Positions 1 through 9,418 of a stretch of 32,000 bases of DNA are shown piece after piece. The notes below the pieces were generated by a model, which saw nothing but the letters and a program-made list of their open reading frames with translations, had not been told where the DNA came from and searched no databases. The DNA comes from Wolbachia endosymbiont strain TRS of Brugia malayi. Lineage in GTDB: Bacteria; Pseudomonadota; Alphaproteobacteria; Rickettsiales; Anaplasmataceae. The DNA is taken from assembly GCF_000008385.1 (NCBI RefSeq), contig NC_006833.1, forward strand, positions 870,001-902,000, in the 5' to 3' direction. Numbering within the stretch: position 1 is the first letter of the stretch; each line of letters opens with the position of its first letter. Made by a program: the position numbers and the translations under genes.

Positions 1-47
1 TTCGCAGTTAAGCATTATATTTTACTAAATTTCCTACTTTCTATGCA

Positions 48-1844
48 TCAATCACCTATTTTCAAAGCTTGAATAAAAGCATTATGTGGAATGTCCACGT
101 TTCCTACAGAATATAGTCTTTTCTTGCCTTTCTTTTGCTTTTCTAAAAGCTTCATTTTTCGTGTTACGTCTCCACCATAGAGTTTAGCTGTTACATCCTT
201 TCTATATGGGTTAATCGTTTCTCTTGCAACAATTTTACCGCCCACTGTTGCTTGAATTGCAATTTTATATTGCTGACGTGGTATTAAATCTCTCAAGCGC
301 GCACATATTTCACGTCCTCTTTTCTCAGATCTACTTTTGTGAACAATACAGGCCAATGCATCTACAGGTTCTCCATTAACTAAAAAGCTCAATTTATCTA
401 TTTGACTTTCCTGATAATTGGAAATTTCCCAATCCAAACTTGCGTATCCCTTAGAAATCGATTTCAACCTATCATAAAAATCCAAAACAACCTCAGACAG
501 TGGCAACTTATACTTCAACAACGCTGTCATTGTGTTACCAACGTAAGATAAATCCTCCTGTTTTCCTCTCCTTTCATCACATAGAGATAGAATTTCCCCT
601 AAATATTGGTCGGGTACCATTATAGTTGCAGTAATCCATGGCTCTTCTACTATTTTAATCTTTACTGAATCTGGCATATCATTTGGGTTATGAATATTCA
701 GAGTTTCACCACTTTGCGTTGTAACCTCATATATAACACTTGGTGCAGTTGCCGTTAAGTCCAAATCAAATTCTCTTTCGAGCCTTTCTTGGATAACCTC
801 AAGATGTAGCATCCCCAAGAAACCGCAACGAAACCCATAGCCGAGCGCATTTGAAGTTTCAGCTTCGAAGGTAAAACTTGTATCATTCAAATGTAACTTC
901 TCCAGCGCCTCTCTTAAATATTTAAAGCCATCTGTTTTGTTAGGGAAAATACTACAAAACACCACAGGGTGTATCTCTTTAAAGCCCGGCAATGCTTCAC
1001 CGCAAGGTTTTTTTTCTTCGGTAATAGTGTCCCCTACTTTGCAGTCTGCCATTTTTCTCATCGAAGCAGTTATAAAACCAACTTCACCTGCTGAGAGTTC
1101 ACTTGTCATTACTTTTTTAGGAGTAAAAATACCGATATTGTCTACTTGATATACAGCATTGTTAGACATCATAACAATCTTCATGCCTTTTTTTAGCACC
1201 CCATTTTTAACTCGTACTAAAATTACTACTCCCAAGTAAGGGTCATACCAACTATCAACTAAAATCGCCTGCAGTGGAGCATTTATATTACCCTGTGGAG
1301 CTGGAAGTTTTGTTATTATTGCTTCCAATACATCCCTTATTCCAAGTCCAGTTTTTGCCGATATTAAAATTGACTCACTAGAGCCAATGCCAATTATTTC
1401 TTCAACCTGAAGTTTTACCCTTTCTGGATCTGAGGCAGGAAGGTCAACTTTGTTGAGCACAACTATTATCTCATGATTATTGTCAATTGCCTTATATACA
1501 TTCGCAAGAGTTTGAGCTTCAACCCCCTGACTACTATCTATTACTAAGAGCGAACCTTCACATGCAGCTAAGCTTCGACTTACTTCATACGAAAAGTCAA
1601 CATGACCTGGAGTATCCATAAGGTTTAAACAATATCGATTACCATCATTTGCAGTATAGTTTAGCCTTACCGTCTGTGCTTTGATTGTGATCCCACGTTC
1701 GCGTTCTATATCCATCGAGTCGAGCACTTGATTGGTCATTTCTCTTGCCTCAAGACCATTACACTCCTCTATCAAACGGTCAGCAAGTGTTGATTTACCG
1801 TGATCTATATGTGCTATTATTGCAAAATTCCTTACATTGTCCAT
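48..1844 (-). CDS. lepA: Elongation factor 4 (LepA), translational GTPase
   Basis: 598-aa uninterrupted ORF. G-domain motifs are AHIDHGKST (G1), DTPGH (G3) and NKVD (G4). The rest is colinear with a LepA-type C-terminal domain. Confidence 0.97.
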   Translation of the reverse strand: MDNVRNFAIIAHIDHGKSTLADRLIEECNGLEAREMTNQVLDSMDIERERGITIKAQTVRLNYTANDGNRYCLNLMDTPGHVDFSYEVSRSLAACEGSLLVIDSSQGVEAQTLANVYKAIDNNHEIIVVLNKVDLPASDPERVKLQVEEIIGIGSSESILISAKTGLGIRDVLEAIITKLPAPQGNINAPLQAILVDSWYDPYLGVVILVRVKNGVLKKGMKIVMMSNNAVYQVDNIGIFTPKKVMTSELSAGEVGFITASMRKMADCKVGDTITEEKKPCGEALPGFKEIHPVVFCSIFPNKTDGFKYLREALEKLHLNDTSFTFEAETSNALGYGFRCGFLGMLHLEVIQERLEREFDLDLTATAPSVIYEVTTQSGETLNIHNPNDMPDSVKIKIVEEPWITATIMVPDQYLGEILSLCDERRGKQEDLSYVGNTMTALLKYKLPLSEVVLDFYDRLKSISKGYASLDWEISNYQESQIDKLSFLVNGEPVDALACIVHKSRSEKRGREICARLRDLIPRQQYKIAIQATVGGKIVARETINPYRKDVTAKLYGGDVTRKMKLLEKQKKGKKRLYSVGNVDIPHNAFIQALKIGD

Positions 1845-1924
1845 TGATGGCTATTCTACTCATTTAAGTAGAACTATTTTACATTTTAAGTGTTGTAAGG
1901 GCAATTGTTTATTAAGAAACTTAT

Positions 1925-3295
1925 TTACTCCTTTAATATAGACGACACTTTTTTTGAGTGAGAAACTACTTTATTAACCATATAACTCTCATGATTGTTA
2001 TCTATTTTAGATAATTCATACAAATAGTTCACCATTATCCCAGCTGATTGGCCTATACCCTTTTCAGAGGTATCCGCCATCCAGTTTAGTTGTTTTATCG
2101 ATGCACCATTACTTAAATGAAAATGCGCCACTGGATCATAAGCACTGCCATTGCTGTTTTTAACCTTTAGCAAATAATGCGCACAAAGCTTCAGCAAGCA
2201 TTGTTTTACTTCACTTTCGCATTCAACGTTAGTTTTCAATTGACCTATATTTCCTAAAATTTCTGCACTAGATTGTTTTATATTCAGTTTGCTTAACAAA
2301 GTAATATCCTGGTTTAAATTTTCTTTTAGCCATTTTGCAAAGCCAGGTATTGGAGAAAGAGTTGCGTACACCTTTATGCTTTTAAATTCATGCGATAATT
2401 TTTCCACAACCCTTTTGATCAAAAAATTACCAAGACTGATTCCAGACAACCCTGCTTGGGTATTTGATATTGAATAGAATATGGCAGTGCTTGCATTACT
2501 TGGATCGCTTGAAGGTATTGACTCATCTAAAAGGTGTTGAATACTATTTGCTATTTCATTCATCAATGCAACCTCTACAAAAATTAAAGGTTCACTTGGT
2601 ATTTTATAATGAAAAAAAGCAAAACAGAGATGATCAGAATCTAGCCTGTTTTTTAAGTCACCCCACGAAGAAATTTTATGCACAGCTTCATATTTTATAA
2701 GTTTTTCCAACAATGATGCAGGTGAATCCCAGGTTATTTGACGAAGATCCAATAGATCAACATCAACCCAAGTACAAAGTATACTTTTTAATTCGTTCTC
2801 TAGCGGATTTAGACTTCTATATTGGCTCTTTAGCTTAAGCACATCAGAACGCATGTCAACAATAAACTTAAGACCTTCTGGTAAAGAGATAAACTGTTTC
2901 AATATTTTAGAACGTGGCGATTCAAGAATTCTTATTAAGTCCTGTTCAAATTTATAGCTCAATTCGGAATCTTGATTTTTCTTATATCCTTTTATTTTTT
3001 CATCTATTTCCGCTTTGCTTGGATTAAATTTTTCTGCCAGGGTTTGTAGAAACTTTATTCTACCTTTCTCTGATAAACTTAAGTACAGATTACCAAGAGA
3101 TACAGTATTCTTACGCGCCGAGACTTCCCCCCCTTTTGGATTTAAGCACTCGTTCATCTTTAAAATTAAACTATCGATATCGCGACTACTGCTTAAATCC
3201 GGACCAATATTGCCAATCCACGATCTTACAGTATCTGCCACTCCACCAAATATCTTAAAAAAGCTTTTTACTGCTTTCTTATCTTCAACTTTCAC
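1925..3295 (-). CDS. Malonyl-CoA decarboxylase family protein
   Basis: 456-aa ORF. It contains AIFYSISNTQAGLSGISLGNFLIKRVV...LSPIPGFAKWL. As I recall it, this closely parallels the catalytic-domain signature of human and alphaproteobacterial malonyl-CoA decarboxylases. Confidence 0.85.
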   Translation of the reverse strand: MKVEDKKAVKSFFKIFGGVADTVRSWIGNIGPDLSSSRDIDSLILKMNECLNPKGGEVSARKNTVSLGNLYLSLSEKGRIKFLQTLAEKFNPSKAEIDEKIKGYKKNQDSELSYKFEQDLIRILESPRSKILKQFISLPEGLKFIVDMRSDVLKLKSQYRSLNPLENELKSILCTWVDVDLLDLRQITWDSPASLLEKLIKYEAVHKISSWGDLKNRLDSDHLCFAFFHYKIPSEPLIFVEVALMNEIANSIQHLLDESIPSSDPSNASTAIFYSISNTQAGLSGISLGNFLIKRVVEKLSHEFKSIKVYATLSPIPGFAKWLKENLNQDITLLSKLNIKQSSAEILGNIGQLKTNVECESEVKQCLLKLCAHYLLKVKNSNGSAYDPVAHFHLSNGASIKQLNWMADTSEKGIGQSAGIMVNYLYELSKIDNNHESYMVNKVVSHSKKVSSILKE

Positions 3296-3456
3296 TACAT
3301 TAAATTCAACTAATGATTCTTTTACTATAGACTTCTTTTACCGTATATCTATATTAAACCAAAGAAAAATCTTAGTCCACATAACAGGTACCATTACCAA
3401 ATCATTAGCAATTTCTATAATAGAATTAACTATAGAGTGTTAACAGAGAAAAATGT

Positions 3457-4570
3457 TATGACAGAAGCAAAAAAAAGTCCAACGGTTACATTAAGGGCCA
3501 AGCTGAAAAGTTTGACTCTAGCAAACTAAGGACTACAAAAGACAATAAATTAGCTAATTCTAGCGAAATGATGTACTTAGATCCTCAAAGAATGAATCTT
3601 GTCATCAACAGAAAAAAATAAATAAAAACTTTATTATTGCATTGAAAGAAGGAACTAAGAATTATAAAAGTAAACTTTTTAGTAAAAATGATATCTATAA
3701 TCTCGTGCGTGGAAAAGAAATAGATACTGAGCAGGGCAGAGTTTTTGTTGATTCAGTGTTTAAAGATCTTGAAAAAGAGCTTACGTAAGGCACATTGCGT
3801 GAGTTATGGGATGATCACTACAAAAATCCCGAAATTACTGATCATCAAAAAACTGACGTATATAAAAAAGAGTTCTAAAAATTTTATAATGTAGGCCAGA
3901 GTCATAAGCACCTATTACTGAAAAAAGGGAATGAAAATTATCGTCCAATTGCAAAAGAAATTTTTAAGGAAATGTTTAAATATACTAAGTAGAAGTTTCA
4001 AGCAACTTCATTTTAGAAGAGCTAGTTACTAATTACAATCAAGCAGGGTATGAATTTACTGTAAGCATGCCCATTCTTGAATGGTTCACTTCTGGAGTAT
4101 GGATTAAAAGGAAAATATAAGCAAGAATAAAACAATGTATATCAATTGTACTGATTCAAGTAGTGCAGAAGTAAAATCTGATATGTCAGTACCTGTAGTA
4201 AAATTTGACAATCTAGGTAAAAAAATATGCGAATTAAACAGCTCACTAGAATTCACACTTGAATCTCAAAACGGTAAAAATGGTGTAATAATAAAGACGG
4301 TAAATTATCACTCACTGCTCCTAGAGAGTTGGAAAATCATTACACTATTAGTGAAGAAGAGCAGTTACAATCAGATGATACTGTGAAAAAAAGCCTACTT
4401 GATATTTATTATCGAATCTTTTTTAAGCTTTATTGAAAAGTTCGTCGGTACAAAACTTAAAAATAAACAGGGTATTTATCATTGAGTAAAAAATGCGATG
4501 ATACTAAATCGCAGCAACAGCTCAGAGGTAATGGTAATCAAAGATACTGTCACTCTTGAATAAAAATAGA
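3457..4570 (+). pseudogene. Decayed gene of unknown function, with multiple stops and frameshifts
   Basis: Starts at ATG 3457 (MTEAKKSPTVTLRAKLKS...). Protein-like stretches then continue across all three + frames, separated by stops. Examples are LFSKNDIYNLVRGKEIDTEQGRVFVDSVFKDLEKELT*, GTLRELWDDHYKNPEITDHQKTDVYKKEF*, NENYRPIAKEIFKEMFKYTK*, and the 83-aa ORF at 4135..4386. I recognise no family. Confidence 0.55.
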
Positions 4571-4701
4571 ATATAGCTTAGAAGACTAGCTAAAAGTAGA
4601 CAGTCTCCTGGAAAGTTAGAAACCACCAGTACATTGTAATGTGCATGTCCGTGATAGTAAGGGATTGTAGTTATTGAATTCTCTAACTTTCACCTCCTCA
4701 T

Positions 4702-5340
4702 TTAACATATACCAGCATCATCTATCACTTCTAAATAAACCATTGCCAATATACACCACTGAGAACTTCTACAGATATCCTTGCTATTCAAACTAAGATT
4801 AAAGCAAGAATTCTTTCCTGGAAAGGTATGGTCACTAAGATGCAGCTCCCATCTTAATCCTTTAGTTGATATTTGTGCTTTGGGTATACCAAGTAAAGAT
4901 ATTTTAGTATTTCGCGGCAAAGAAAAATGAGTAATGCCTTTCTGTAAGGTGTAACCTATCACGGGAGGCAAATGCGTGTAAAAGATGCTGTCTTTATCTA
5001 GAAAAATGCTAATATTCTGTAATATGTAATCAGCTGCTTCTCCAGTAACATCTGTTATTATCGATGGCAATAATTTCATTGTCTTTAAGTGAGCTATAGC
5101 TTTAGAAAAGTCGCAATAATTTTAATCAGGCAGATATACCGTGTTTAAACTAGTACGCAAATTCGGATTTATACTATCTAAATCTCCTATTACAAGGTCA
5201 GGTTGTATACAATTGATATAAAGCTGATTTTTGTCCCTCCATTTACAGCACAATAGGCATGCCTTGTTTAAAGAACAATGAATTAGGGTATCTCTCCACT
5301 TAGTACTATAATGAAAGGATATTATTGGTGTGTGCTGCAA
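4702..5340 (-). pseudogene. Thiamine pyrophosphokinase remnant with an in-frame stop and degraded motifs
   Basis: ORFs 5122..5340 and 4702..5079 are in the same frame, separated by a single TAA (5122-5124) plus 14 codons. The PDLVIGDLDS motif is a typical TPK GDxDS block. The positions of the usual ADGGAN and GGRxDH motifs instead read KWRDKNQ and TGEAADY. The C-terminal part has the layout of a TPK thiamine-binding domain. Confidence 0.7.
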
Positions 5341-5405
5341 TATAGTACATAATTATAAAATGTTTTGTGCGGATTTTGCATCGTATTTGAATAATTGATA
5401 CTGTA

Positions 5406-6140
5406 TTAATTATTATCCAAACTAACCGTTGGTTGTGCATCTTGCTCAGAGATCAAGGCACCAGTAAATTACTTATCAATGGACTTTCTGCTTTCTATTC
5501 AATTGTACGCTTTTGTTTTTTTCAAAATGAGCTATATTTTTTCAATAATTCCTATTGCATTTTACACTATATGTTTTCTTGCAGAGGTAATAGCATGTGC
5601 TTGTTGACACCTTAACATTGCTTGTGCAATCTCAGATGAATATACCAAATGAGATATCTTCGCTTCTATAATTTCAATTCCCGCAATATCTAATATTTGC
5701 TGTAACATTGACCACAATTCACCTAAAATTTTATCAGAATTTTTACGTAAAGATTACTCATCGTCTTCGCCACCATATGGATAATTGCTTGCCAACTCTC
5801 TAATTATTGAGTCACTCTGTATAAAAACAAAGTCATAATAATTATTAACATTATAATATGCTTTTGCAAAACTGCTCACTCTTCAAACAATCATTACTGA
5901 AATCTCTACTGGACTGCCGTTTTGCATTATTCACTTTTATTTTTTCTGTAAAGTAAGTTCCCATATAATGACCAAGAAATCCTATCACTCTTGCTCCATT
6001 AGGGTTATTGATGAAAAACCTTTGAAAAAAAGCCAACATTGAAATAGTAGCAATTCCAAGTGCAATCGCACTATCATATGCTACAAAAGTACCGATAAAA
6101 TTAATCCTAACACTATTAGTACAGGAAAAATCTGGAGTTA
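5406..6140 (-). pseudogene. SPFH/band-7 (stomatin-like) family protein remnant
   Basis: The minus-strand translation gives an N-terminal TM segment plus FFINNPNGARVIGFLGHYMGTYFTEKIKV. After several stops and frame changes it gives ELASNYPYGGEDDE*SLRKNSDKILGELWSMLQQILDIAGIEIIEAKISHLVYSSEIAQAMLRCQQAHAITSARKHIV*. These are typical SPFH-domain blocks. The final stop is at 5406-5408. Confidence 0.75.
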
Positions 6141-6199
6141 ACTTAACTTTCTATCATTTATCGTATTATTATCTATATTATTCTTATATCACTTGACCC

Positions 6200-7010
6200 C
6201 CCTCTATTGATAGTTTCATCTATTTTATTTATAAAATAGTTTTAAAATCCTTTAATTCGTGATCAAACAACCTCACCTCACTTTCATGTGCTATTGTAAG
6301 TGGATTAATGTGTTTGCTGTGTATACAACTTCGCAATGTAAATGTGGTCCTGTTACAATACCAGTGCTACCAACATAAGTATAACTTGTCTCTGCTCTAT
6401 TCTAGAGCCTAACTTCATATCACTACTAAATCCACTCATGTGCGCACAGCAGGTTAAATATCCGTTCTTATGTTTTATTTTGATGTACTTACCGTATCCT
6501 CCTTTATTTCCTATGTATTCTATTACACCTTCTGCAGTAGCGAATACGGGTACCAGGTTTAGCTGCATAACCTACTCCTTGTGAAAAGCAATTTTACCAC
6601 GAATAGGATGCTTTCTATTGCCCAATTGTAAAGATATACGATAATCTCCGTTAAAGGATTTATAAAAGCTTTATCGTCCTTTAAGCTTATCCCTTCTTTA
6701 CTAAAATACCCTTCTCTGCCGTTTTGCGATTTGTAATGATATAAACTAAATGGTCTTTTTGTTTGTTGTCAGTAAAGTATACAAAATTTTCTCTTCATTC
6801 TTCTGACTATTAAGCGACCTCCCAAAAAGAACTTCTAATCTACTTTCTAGTATAATATCTTTTTTTAATCAATACCAAGATCTTTACATATTTCAATTAA
6901 TTCCATCACTGTATTTGGTGTTAACCCTTATTCAATTCTTATAGCAAAGAAGAAAGATTTTATGTCACTGGATATGAATAACAACTTTCTATCATGCACT
7001 AATTTTCCTG
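6200..7010 (-). pseudogene. M23 (LytM/NlpD-like) metallopeptidase remnant
   Basis: The catalytic-domain blocks are present but broken. GNRKHPIRGKIAFHK is followed by a stop. PVFATAEGVIEYIGNKGGYGKYIKIKHKNGYLTCCAHMS follows. After a frameshift near 6390, YVGSTGIVTGPHLHCEV appears. The N-terminal part (GLTPNTVMELIEICKDLGID*...) is also stop-riddled and runs into the repeat at about 7010. Confidence 0.8.
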
Positions 7011-7039
7011 TGTTGCTTTCTGTCATTTCAAAACCCTTT

Positions 7040-7250
7040 CCTGTCATTCCAGTACGTGATACTGGAATCCAGTTTTTATTATATAACTGTTTAGTGTGTC
7101 CATTTGTAATTGAATCTTCTGGATCCCAGTGTCTAGGCACTGGAATGACATCTCTTTTGGTAAAAATTATCCTTATATCACAATGTTCGTACAGTTGTTT
7201 GTTTGATACTGGCTCTTTTATCCCGATTACGCTCAGGAATGACATCAAAA
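7040..7250. repeat. Hairpin-bearing MITE-like repeat (family 1 copy)
   Basis: Perfect 8-bp hairpin TTCCAGTA-cgtga-TACTGGAA (7047-7067). Second hairpin CCAGTG-tctagg-CACTGG (7126-7143). The exact 10-mer GTCATTCCAG (7043-7052) recurs inverted at 7140-7149. GGAATGACATC repeats directly at 7142-7152 and 7236-7246. ATGTTCGTACAGTTGT (7183-7198) matches 15 of 16 bases of the reverse complement of 24771-24786. Confidence 0.8.
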
Positions 7251-7312
7251 GACTGTTGATGCCCTATGGGTATGTAATGGTAAGACAAAAAGTAGTATAA
7301 GTATAATTAATT

Positions 7313-8068
7313 TCATAACTTAAGCGACAGGCCAGCAAAAGCAAAATTACCTTCAACGTATTGCACATCATCATTATCTTCCAACTCTTCAACCAATGCA
7401 GATAATTTATCGATCAACTTTTTATCACTAATTTCAATCAGGTCCTTTGGCTGCCATGAAAGTCGAGCAAGTTCTGGCTCTCCAAATTTTGCATAAAAAG
7501 CATTACGTACCTTGCCAAAATCTTTTACTCTACAGGTTATAACATATAATCCTTCTATGTTATTTTCCTCAACATTCAATACTTCTAATTCGATTCCATG
7601 ACTAAATAAATCGTCAAAATTTACACTTTCTGCTTTATAAACGATTAAGCCTACATGATCAAAAAGATAACTTACGCTTCCTGTTTCCCCCAAACTTCCA
7701 TTTTTGCGAGAAAAAATATAACGCACCTCAGAAGCAGCTCGATTACGATTATTCGTCAGAACATGAACAATGAGTGCAGTACCAAAAGGTCCATGGCCTT
7801 CATACTGTATTTCTTCATAATTTTCCCCAGCAACATTACCAGCTGCATTTTTTATTGCTGTTTCTATCCTATCTTTTGGCAGATTTTCTTTGCGTGCAGC
7901 AAATACAGCAGAGCGAAGACGCGGGTTGAATTCAGGATCAGGTAGCCCTTGCTTTGCAGCAACTGTTATTTCTCTAATGAGTTTTGTAAATCTTTGAGAG
8001 CGCTTTGCATCTTGGGCACCTTTCCGATACTTTATATTTGAAAATTGTGAATGACCAGCCATATTCAA
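7313..8068 (-). CDS. yebC: YebC/PmpR family DNA-binding transcriptional regulator
   Basis: 251-aa ORF. The N-terminus MAGHSQFSNIKYRKGAQDAKRSQRFTKLIREITVAAK is the canonical YebC signature, and the length is full. Confidence 0.93.
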   Translation of the reverse strand: MNMAGHSQFSNIKYRKGAQDAKRSQRFTKLIREITVAAKQGLPDPEFNPRLRSAVFAARKENLPKDRIETAIKNAAGNVAGENYEEIQYEGHGPFGTALIVHVLTNNRNRAASEVRYIFSRKNGSLGETGSVSYLFDHVGLIVYKAESVNFDDLFSHGIELEVLNVEENNIEGLYVITCRVKDFGKVRNAFYAKFGEPELARLSWQPKDLIEISDKKLIDKLSALVEELEDNDDVQYVEGNFAFAGLSLKL

Positions 8069-8127
8069 ATGGTTAAAAATCTAAATTATACACCGAAGCT
8101 GGAGAAAGCTAAAGCAAATTTTCAAGT

Positions 8128-8841
8128 TTACTGTTCTACAGTATTCTCTTTGAGGTTCTCTGCTAATAGACTTTCATACTGCCCAGCTTCTAGATCAAGA
8201 CCAAGAGCCGAATAAGCTGCTATTAAATAGTTAATAGATCTGGGGAAATAGCTATAATCCTTACTGCTTATTATATTTTGAAAACGCTTAATTGCTGCTA
8301 GATATTCACCACGCCTAAAATAGAACTTACCGATAGAATATTCTTTCTTTAGTATATGATCCGTGATTAGTCTTACCTTTTCCTTCATTTCTTCTATATA
8401 TTCACTCTCTGAAAAAAGATTAACGTACTCTGCAGCTAGTTCTAAAGCCTTATATGCAGTTTGTTGTCCAAGCTGCACCCTATTAATTTGCATATAATAA
8501 GATAACACCCTTAAGTAATACACGTACGGTAAATCCTCACCATTTGGATAAATATATATATAATCGTCCATATCACTTGCAGCACTGCTATAGTCATCCA
8601 TATTGTAGTGAGAAATACCAGACAACAATTTTGCTTTCATTGCCCAATAAGAAAAAGGATACAAATCCTCAATTTTCCGAAATGCTCTGATAGCTTGTTT
8701 GTATTTTTTCTGGTCAAAAAGCTCAACTGCTTCCTCATATAGCTCAGTTTCACTCTTCTCAAGATGAACATCATCACTTGCATATGATCGCGTAAAGGAG
8801 CAAACTAGAAAAATAAAGCACGTGATTAAAGCCTTATACAT
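8128..8841 (-). CDS. bamD: Outer membrane protein assembly factor BamD (YfiO-like TPR lipoprotein)
   Basis: 237-aa ORF with an N-terminal hydrophobic signal (MYKALITCFIFLVCSF). TPR-like repeats have the BamD-type layout (LYEEAVELFDQKKYKQAIRAFRKIEDLYPFSYWAMKAKL..., YYLRVLSYY, GKFYFRRGEYLAAIKRFQNII). Confidence 0.75.
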   Translation of the reverse strand: MYKALITCFIFLVCSFTRSYASDDVHLEKSETELYEEAVELFDQKKYKQAIRAFRKIEDLYPFSYWAMKAKLLSGISHYNMDDYSSAASDMDDYIYIYPNGEDLPYVYYLRVLSYYMQINRVQLGQQTAYKALELAAEYVNLFSESEYIEEMKEKVRLITDHILKKEYSIGKFYFRRGEYLAAIKRFQNIISSKDYSYFPRSINYLIAAYSALGLDLEAGQYESLLAENLKENTVEQ

Positions 8842-8965
8842 AAAGATTTTTTTATCAAAATAAAGTAAAGTATAGATTAAATATCATCTAAATAAACAAA
8901 TTTCTAGGATTACCATAAAGTTAAAGCGGCATTTTTTGCTTAGGATCACAATTGTATAGACATTG

Positions 8966-9334
8966 TTACTTGACAAACTGAGGCTCAAGTAGCTTACAGA
9001 AACGAAAAGCTACTTAACAAACCTGGCAACTCTCCTTATCATAGCGCTGAAGCTATTCATTTATTTTCAGTCTATGTAGATAAAATGATAAAAAACTTAA
9101 TGTACTTGGCGTCTTAAATGTTTAATTTTTTGTACCATGCATATCTCATGTCTTTGTAAACTTTTAAGGTTTTTACCTAATATAAGCTAAGGTACACTTG
9201 TTAAGCACTCGAGACAGTAAAAAATGCAATTTAAAAAATAGATAGTAAATAACTAGCTAACAGGGGTTTTTTTGCCTTTTTTCTCATTGGTAAATTTCTT
9301 AAATATTTATAACTAAAGATTTACCGGCAACTAC
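8966..9334. repeat. Dispersed non-coding repeat, family 2, copy A
   Basis: Aligns by eye with 23116..23440. Shared blocks are TTACTTGACA (8966-8975 vs 23116-23125), TTTAATTTTTTG, ATGTCTT, GGTTTTTA, and the exact 16-mer TTCTTAAATATTTATA. The blocks are colinear, and copy A has a ~44-bp extra segment. No ORF is conserved between the copies. Confidence 0.7.
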
Positions 9335-9418
9335 TGCTTGTTAGCGGGATCTATACCGCAGCGATATGACAACATTAAGCACTGGAATGATATCGTTTAC
9401 TACGAACATCACATTATA

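Noticed and set aside
5433-6584. Plus-strand ORFs 5433..5615 and 6342..6584, and minus-strand ORF 5851..6039, considered as independent genes.
   Set aside because: The plus-strand ones are antisense to the SPFH and M23 remnants. ORF 5851..6039 is simply the surviving N-terminal fragment of the SPFH pseudogene.
6928-7300. Overlapping 106-aa (-) and 112-aa (+) ORFs.
   Set aside because: Both lie on the hairpin repeat copy and the eroded 5' part of the M23 remnant. Open frames on both strands over the same repeat indicate chance ORFs.
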